Shown here one piece after another: positions 58,930 to 64,000 of a DNA stretch of 64,000 bases. The DNA lies in IMG/VR virus record IMGVR_UViG_3300025000_000077, positions 11,261 through 75,260 of that record. One strand, 5' to 3'. Position 1 is the stretch's first letter. Each line of letters opens with the position of its first letter. The stretch is from a virus. The position numbers were made by a program, and so were the translations under genes. The notes beneath the pieces were generated by a model. It saw only the letters and a list, made by a program, of their open reading frames with translations. It did no database searches and was not told the DNA's origin.

Positions 58930-61900
58930 TTAATAGAATCCAAACATGTTTTTAAGTCGTCTCCATAAACTCCCAATTGTCAAGAGTAAAGCACCCCAAA
59001 ATACAAGATATGGATAAAACCACCATTTAATAGTGTCGACTGGTAGTTCTTTCTCCACTATTTTAAACTCTATATCCTCATACTCCCTATACGGACTCGA
59101 TGCCGTGACCTTAATATTTTCCTTAGAATATCTCCCCGATAGAGTGATCCAATCTCCTGTATGAATACTCGTCCCTTCGTCAGTCCAGTATTCGAGCCTT
59201 TCGTATTCAGTAAACTTCACTCCTGCCTCTGTAGTATTCCGAGTGCCAACCATGAAGATATGTTTTGAAGTGCCGTTCTTTGTCGTGTAAGTTATATCTT
59301 TCAGCCCGATTTTAGAGACCTTCATTTCGAAATGAGCAGGATATTGATAGACAATGCCTTCCACTTTATCAGGTTGCTCTAGGATCTTAGGAACAGGCTT
59401 GTAAGAGTTCTTGAATACATACGTTGATGTCCTTAGTTTTCCCTTTTCCCTCTTCCCGGTTACATGGTTAGTTTTCATATTATACCATGTAGTATTAACT
59501 ACCATTTTGATGTACGCAGTATCGTTTTTGAAGGTAATATTATAACTTTTATCTATCCTTTTAATTCCACCTGACCACATGTCAAGAGAGGGATTTCTGA
59601 TAACCCTAGAATAAACAATTGCATCATCCGGGCCTGTGACATAATATTCATCGTCTATTTTCGTAAGGTTATTCCAGCCGATAATTGCAACTGCTCCGGC
59701 TACTTTTCCGTTTTCTGTGAGATCATCGCGCTTGATAGTATATTTTAGGTCTGCTGCTGTCTGATGAGTGATTGCAGTTTCAGGATATTCAAGATTGAGA
59801 AGATACTGGATATCATAGATTATATCGAATATCTCCTTTGACTGCTCAACCGTTGGCTGTTTCCCTTCCTCGACTTCCTTTATCTCATCCAGAATCTCAA
59901 CCGGAATCCCTGACGTCTCAAACTCTTCATCTCCAATTATTTCATTATCGTGAACATAGACATTATCACCAAGTCCTAACCCTGCTGCATCCAGGAGAAT
60001 AGCTTCAAGCCCACAGTTTATAATTTTGTTATATGCTATTTCAATATTATTGGTATGGATAATTTCAGTCTTATTAGATCCACCACCCTTACTAAATCCC
60101 TGATCTCCTGCCTGTACTCCGTTTTCTCCGTGGAGATAAGCCCCGTTAGCGTTTGATCCTGAGTATGAGAAAAGAGTATTATAGACGGCTTTTGAATACT
60201 CACAATTATCAAACCTAAGACAGTCGGCGGTAATACCAGCAGCCTCATTGTTTTTCATTAGTCCGTATCGCACACAGACAAAATATATACTGTCATGCTG
60301 GCAATTGCTAATGAAATTATCAGAACACTGAACATATTCAGCGAATCTAACATGTATCCCGTCACTGAAACAGTTTATTATTGTAGTGTCATGAATAATA
60401 ATATTTGAAACGAAATTCTGAGAACTTCCCTGTATTACTATAGCCCTTTCACAATCATGAGAAGTCTTTGAACTTGAATCAGCTAAATCATTATCAAGTT
60501 CTCCACAATTCCCGTCTACAGTTGCTCCTTCAATTGTGATGTCATCATAACCTATTGAATTGATGATGCCTGTAAGCCCCTTAAACCACTGCTTATCTGT
60601 TTTCGAGACTCTTATTATTGCATCAGATTCAAATTTTAGAGTAACTCCTGAGCTTTTGAAATAGATAGGGCCATCAACCCAATACACGCCGGAAGGAAGA
60701 TATACGGTATCCCCACTCTTAGCACGTTTCATAGCCTCGTTTATCTGGACCTGATCAGAGTTACCATCACACCCTGTCACCGTTATGACAGTACCGTCTT
60801 CGTCAACGTCTTTTGCAGGGATAATATCAAGCGGGTGAATGTCATTATCTGGACCTTCATATTCTTCTTCCTCTTCGTCGGTAGGCTCAACCGGCTCATA
60901 ATTAATTATATTAACGTCAGGCTGAACCACTGACCCGCTTTCACTAGCCGTCAATCCAGTTAACGAAATCTTCCCGCCAACATTCGTAAAAGTATTGCCC
61001 TTTATAATAGTATCCCCGCTTGAATGCGAGTTACTATTAACCGCTATTGCTGTTGATTTTACATTCTCAAAAATGTTATTCGATATTTCAAGATTAACCC
61101 CATTAATCAAATAATCAAGAGCAATCCCCTTTGCATTAACATTTTTAAAAGTATTCCCACTAACAATAATATTCTTAAAACTCTCTGTATTCAAATCGAA
61201 TAAATACTGATAAGTGCAGGACTCTTGATAATTATCCTTGATAATCAGAGTGTCACTCGTTCCTGATCCAATCCCTCCATAGATATATCCACTCTCGATA
61301 TGATTATTTTTAATTACATGAACTCCACCGTTTACACTGCCTCGGCGTGCAACTGCTCCGTATCCTCCATATACTTCATTATCTGAGAATTCAGATTGGT
61401 AAGTACCATCAAGAAAAGCGATATAAGCAGGCTTCGGATAGATTTTATTTTTAGTCACAAGATAATCAATTGTCATAGGATGAGCATCAACCACTTGCGC
61501 GCCTGTGAGAGCACCACCGATGAGAGTATTTCCTGTGATTACAACGCCCCTGTTAAGAGCTTTAAAATCCCCCGTCCCGCTCATTATAGTATGTCTGCAA
61601 TTCTCGATGTGATTATTTTCAATGTTAACAAAGGCGGCAGTATCGGCAACCGAGACACCGTAACCGTTTCCCTCATGAACTGAATTATATATTTCATTGT
61701 TTTTGACATCCACGTTAAAACTTGTTATGATTCTAAGGGATGCTTGACCATTATCTTTAAACCAACAGTCGGTAACAGAAGAATCTATACAGTATCTAAG
61801 AGCTAATCCTTCACGGACTCCTGCTGCATCTTTATTTTGGAATCTAATGTTTTCTACATGGATTTCCACGGGTCTAAATACTTCGGTTTTTACGGTTTCA

Positions 61901-62394
61901 GACAGGCTGTAGTCTCTCAGGAGAGGTTCATTCAGAGTTACTGTGTTGTCTTTTACTCCTGTGACTAGATACAGTTCTCCTGTTGTCTGATCCGGGTACT
62001 CTATTGGACACCATTTTACATTTTTCCAGATCCTGACGAGATCGCCTTTTTTGACTGCGGAGGCATCACTAAGGATAACAGTGGAAGAACCTTTCTGAGC
62101 ATTGCTAGAGAGGGACTGAGATGTAATTAGCGTGCCTTCAAGTTGCATCCCGCGTGAGCTTCCGACATCCAGATTAAGAGTTACTTCGCCTTCTCCTTTT
62201 AGGGTTAGGCTCTTTCCTGCTTGGTGAAGCGGTGATGTAATAAAATAAGTCCCGGCAGGGATTGTTATTGTATCTCCTGAGTGTGCGCTGTCGAGAGCTG
62301 CTTGAATGTTTCCGTTGGATACTGTGACATCGGCTGCTGAGGCTATACACGGCAATAAAAGAATGAGAATGAAAGCAATTGAAACGGTTTTCAT
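58930..62394 (-). CDS. Cell-surface adhesin/depolymerase with two beta-helix domains
   Basis: Signal peptide ending ASA; beta-helix 1 nearly identical to 27082..28467; acidic linker; second disaggregatase-like beta-helix; C-terminal TM plus basic tail. Confidence 0.85.
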   Translation of the reverse strand: MKTVSIAFILILLLPCIASAADVTVSNGNIQAALDSAHSGDTITIPAGTYFITSPLHQAGKSLTLKGEGEVTLNLDVGSSRGMQLEGTLITSQSLSSNAQKGSSTVILSDASAVKKGDLVRIWKNVKWCPIEYPDQTTGELYLVTGVKDNTVTLNEPLLRDYSLSETVKTEVFRPVEIHVENIRFQNKDAAGVREGLALRYCIDSSVTDCWFKDNGQASLRIITSFNVDVKNNEIYNSVHEGNGYGVSVADTAAFVNIENNHIENCRHTIMSGTGDFKALNRGVVITGNTLIGGALTGAQVVDAHPMTIDYLVTKNKIYPKPAYIAFLDGTYQSEFSDNEVYGGYGAVARRGSVNGGVHVIKNNHIESGYIYGGIGSGTSDTLIIKDNYQESCTYQYLFDLNTESFKNIIVSGNTFKNVNAKGIALDYLINGVNLEISNNIFENVKSTAIAVNSNSHSSGDTIIKGNTFTNVGGKISLTGLTASESGSVVQPDVNIINYEPVEPTDEEEEEYEGPDNDIHPLDIIPAKDVDEDGTVITVTGCDGNSDQVQINEAMKRAKSGDTVYLPSGVYWVDGPIYFKSSGVTLKFESDAIIRVSKTDKQWFKGLTGIINSIGYDDITIEGATVDGNCGELDNDLADSSSKTSHDCERAIVIQGSSQNFVSNIIIHDTTIINCFSDGIHVRFAEYVQCSDNFISNCQHDSIYFVCVRYGLMKNNEAAGITADCLRFDNCEYSKAVYNTLFSYSGSNANGAYLHGENGVQAGDQGFSKGGGSNKTEIIHTNNIEIAYNKIINCGLEAILLDAAGLGLGDNVYVHDNEIIGDEEFETSGIPVEILDEIKEVEEGKQPTVEQSKEIFDIIYDIQYLLNLEYPETAITHQTAADLKYTIKRDDLTENGKVAGAVAIIGWNNLTKIDDEYYVTGPDDAIVYSRVIRNPSLDMWSGGIKRIDKSYNITFKNDTAYIKMVVNTTWYNMKTNHVTGKREKGKLRTSTYVFKNSYKPVPKILEQPDKVEGIVYQYPAHFEMKVSKIGLKDITYTTKNGTSKHIFMVGTRNTTEAGVKFTEYERLEYWTDEGTSIHTGDWITLSGRYSKENIKVTASSPYREYEDIEFKIVEKELPVDTIKWWFYPYLVFWGALLLTIGSLWRRLKNMFGFY

Positions 62395-62514
62395 TTGTTA
62401 AATTACTCCCCTTGTATATGAGTAGTCTGTATATTAGTACATACGTAATCTATTTATACCTACCTACTCATATACTATACAGTTAAATACGGACACGCGG
62501 GATATTACAACATC

Positions 62515-62658
62515 ATGGCAAAAATAAAAATCACAATGGATGGGTACAAATGCGACAGATGCGGGCATGAATGGGTAAAACGTGGAGAAGAAGAACCCAC
62601 GGTTTGTCCTAAATGCAAAACACCGTATTATAACAGACCAAAGAAACAAAAGGAGTAA
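62515..62658 (+). CDS. 47-aa Zn-ribbon protein (not in ORF track)
   Basis: GYKCDRCGHEW...PTVCPKCKTPYYN. Confidence 0.7.
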   Translation: MAKIKITMDGYKCDRCGHEWVKRGEEEPTVCPKCKTPYYNRPKKQKE

Positions 62659-63330
62659 TTAAAACAAGGTGGAAAGTATGCGATCAGGAGGGATATTTAA
62701 ACTGAATGAATCAAAAATGTCCTATGCAAAGCGCGCAGAGAAGCGATTAAATGAGAGAGTAAAAGAGATTGAAGATTATCATAAGAAGTCGGTGGCAATG
62801 GCTCTTAATTGAGGGTGTGGGGCAATGACAAGAAAATACAGGAAACACTATAATATAATCTCAAAAATAAAGTATATACTGATAGGTGCTGGGCTTACTT
62901 TATTCTCGTGTTATATGTGGCCGGAGAAAGTTATCTTTTGGGGGTGAATTTGAAATGCCTTGTTTTGCAGATCTTGAAATAAAATACAAGGAAGAACAGT
63001 CTGGATTAAGAAATGTAGTAAAGAACGTGAACAAAACGCCCAAAACACACCGGGTTAAATGCACAGGCAAATTCATTCAGAGGAACGCATGATCTTGAAA
63101 AAACTAAAAAAGAACATGATACACGCTGTAACAATTCTGGATAAAAGTAAGGTATATTACCCGTATGAAACCCCCAGGACGTTTGCTGTCTGTTTCGGTG
63201 ATTTTGATTGGAGTACCAGTTCAGATTCGCAATTTGAAAAAATAAAGATACGGGGAATCAAAACACCATTCTGTTGGAAACGGAAAGTAAAGGTTTTAAA
63301 AATGGTTTGTATGTATGACGCGGGAGAACT

Positions 63331-63606
63331 ATGATACACAAAATAAGAACTCACATAAAACAAAATCCCCTTAAATATAAAATTGCCTACATAATAACAA
63401 TGGCAGCAGCAGGACTAACAATCTCAGCCCGTTTAATGGGTGAAGGAATTAGATTAATTGAGGAGAGTGGAGTACCTGAAGAAACTATAAAAGCCATTTT
63501 TGGAGTGGTTTTTAGTGTTATTGGATTGTATCTATTTCTTTATTTCATGGTGAACCCGATGACTAAATTATTCAGAGTATTTAATAAGGAGAATCCTGGA
63601 CGTTGA
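63331..63606 (+). CDS. Two-TM membrane protein
   Basis: Two hydrophobic helices; ATGA overlap with the upstream ORF. Confidence 0.55.
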   Translation: MIHKIRTHIKQNPLKYKIAYIITMAAAGLTISARLMGEGIRLIEESGVPEETIKAIFGVVFSVIGLYLFLYFMVNPMTKLFRVFNKENPGR

Positions 63607-63730
63607 GAGGTAAATATGATTAAAGCATGTCTTAAATGTTTACTTTTCCCAATATGTGACCCCCCGAATAAGGGATATGTAGAAAGCGTGTTGATGTATT
63701 GGGCTGGATGTGTTCCGGAGAGGGGATAAC

Positions 63731-63941
63731 CATGCCTGAATATAATAAAGAACCCCCATCTGTTTATATAGATGGTGTAAAGGTTGGAACAGTGGCGAGC
63801 ATTTCTATTGATGGAAATCCTATAGAAAAACAAATGAAAGAAAGGGGAGAACTCGGAAAAACTCAGCTTGATAAAGTTTATAATATCCATAAGGGGAAGG
63901 AAGGGAAGTTACCAAAGAAATTTAGAAAAGGATGGTCTTAA
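63731..63941 (+). CDS. Hypothetical protein
   Basis: GAGGGG RBS before MPEYNK. Confidence 0.4.
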
Positions 63942-64000
63942 CAATGGCAATGATCACAGACAAAGGAATCGAAGAATTAAATAAACTATCAGAAGAAGAT

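Larger units (their letters stand above)
1..64000. mobile_element. Tailed archaeal virus or virus-plasmid genome segment (Caudoviricetes-like, probable Methanosarcinaceae host)
   Basis: Portal, major capsid, neck, tail tube, tape measure, terminase and MCM are all present. No host housekeeping genes. Both window edges cut ORFs. Confidence 0.93.

Noticed and set aside
62658-62676. ATTAAAACAAGG resembles part of a Methanosarcina CRISPR repeat as I recall it (possible solitary repeat)
   Set aside because: Only ~12 nt match, no repeat hairpin, no array; it doubles as the RBS of the next ORF.
1-64000. tRNA, rRNA, CRISPR arrays, tyrosine integrase; the many short antisense ORFs in the track
   Set aside because: None of the RNA, array or integrase features were recognisable by eye; the antisense ORFs lie within well-supported genes and lack start signals.

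Overview
The whole window reads as part of the genome of a tailed (siphovirus-like) archaeal virus. The host is most likely Methanosarcinaceae, inferred from disaggregatase-type domains, an archaeal ThyA, an MCM helicase and TATA-box promoters. Left to right it holds: a DNA methyltransferase and portal (minus strand); a head-neck-tail operon rich in glycan-binding or glycan-degrading modules; an HNH/serine-resolvase island; RNA ligase and nucleotide-metabolism genes; an MCM replication module; the terminase; an array of membrane micropeptides; and a minus-strand conjugation-like operon (adhesin, VirB2-, VirB6- and VirB4-like). The most striking unexplained signal is the 11-mer GAACGGAGCTA, found in sense orientation at the translation starts of about 15 lytic genes (10 perfect copies, 5 variants). 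One further copy would be displayed antisense in the loop of a predicted ~80-nt small RNA (about 32869-32947, minus strand) with its own TATA box and oligo-U terminator. Together these suggest a virus-encoded sRNA regulon controlling translation of the lytic programme. All functional calls come from motif recognition by eye; no database searches were run.
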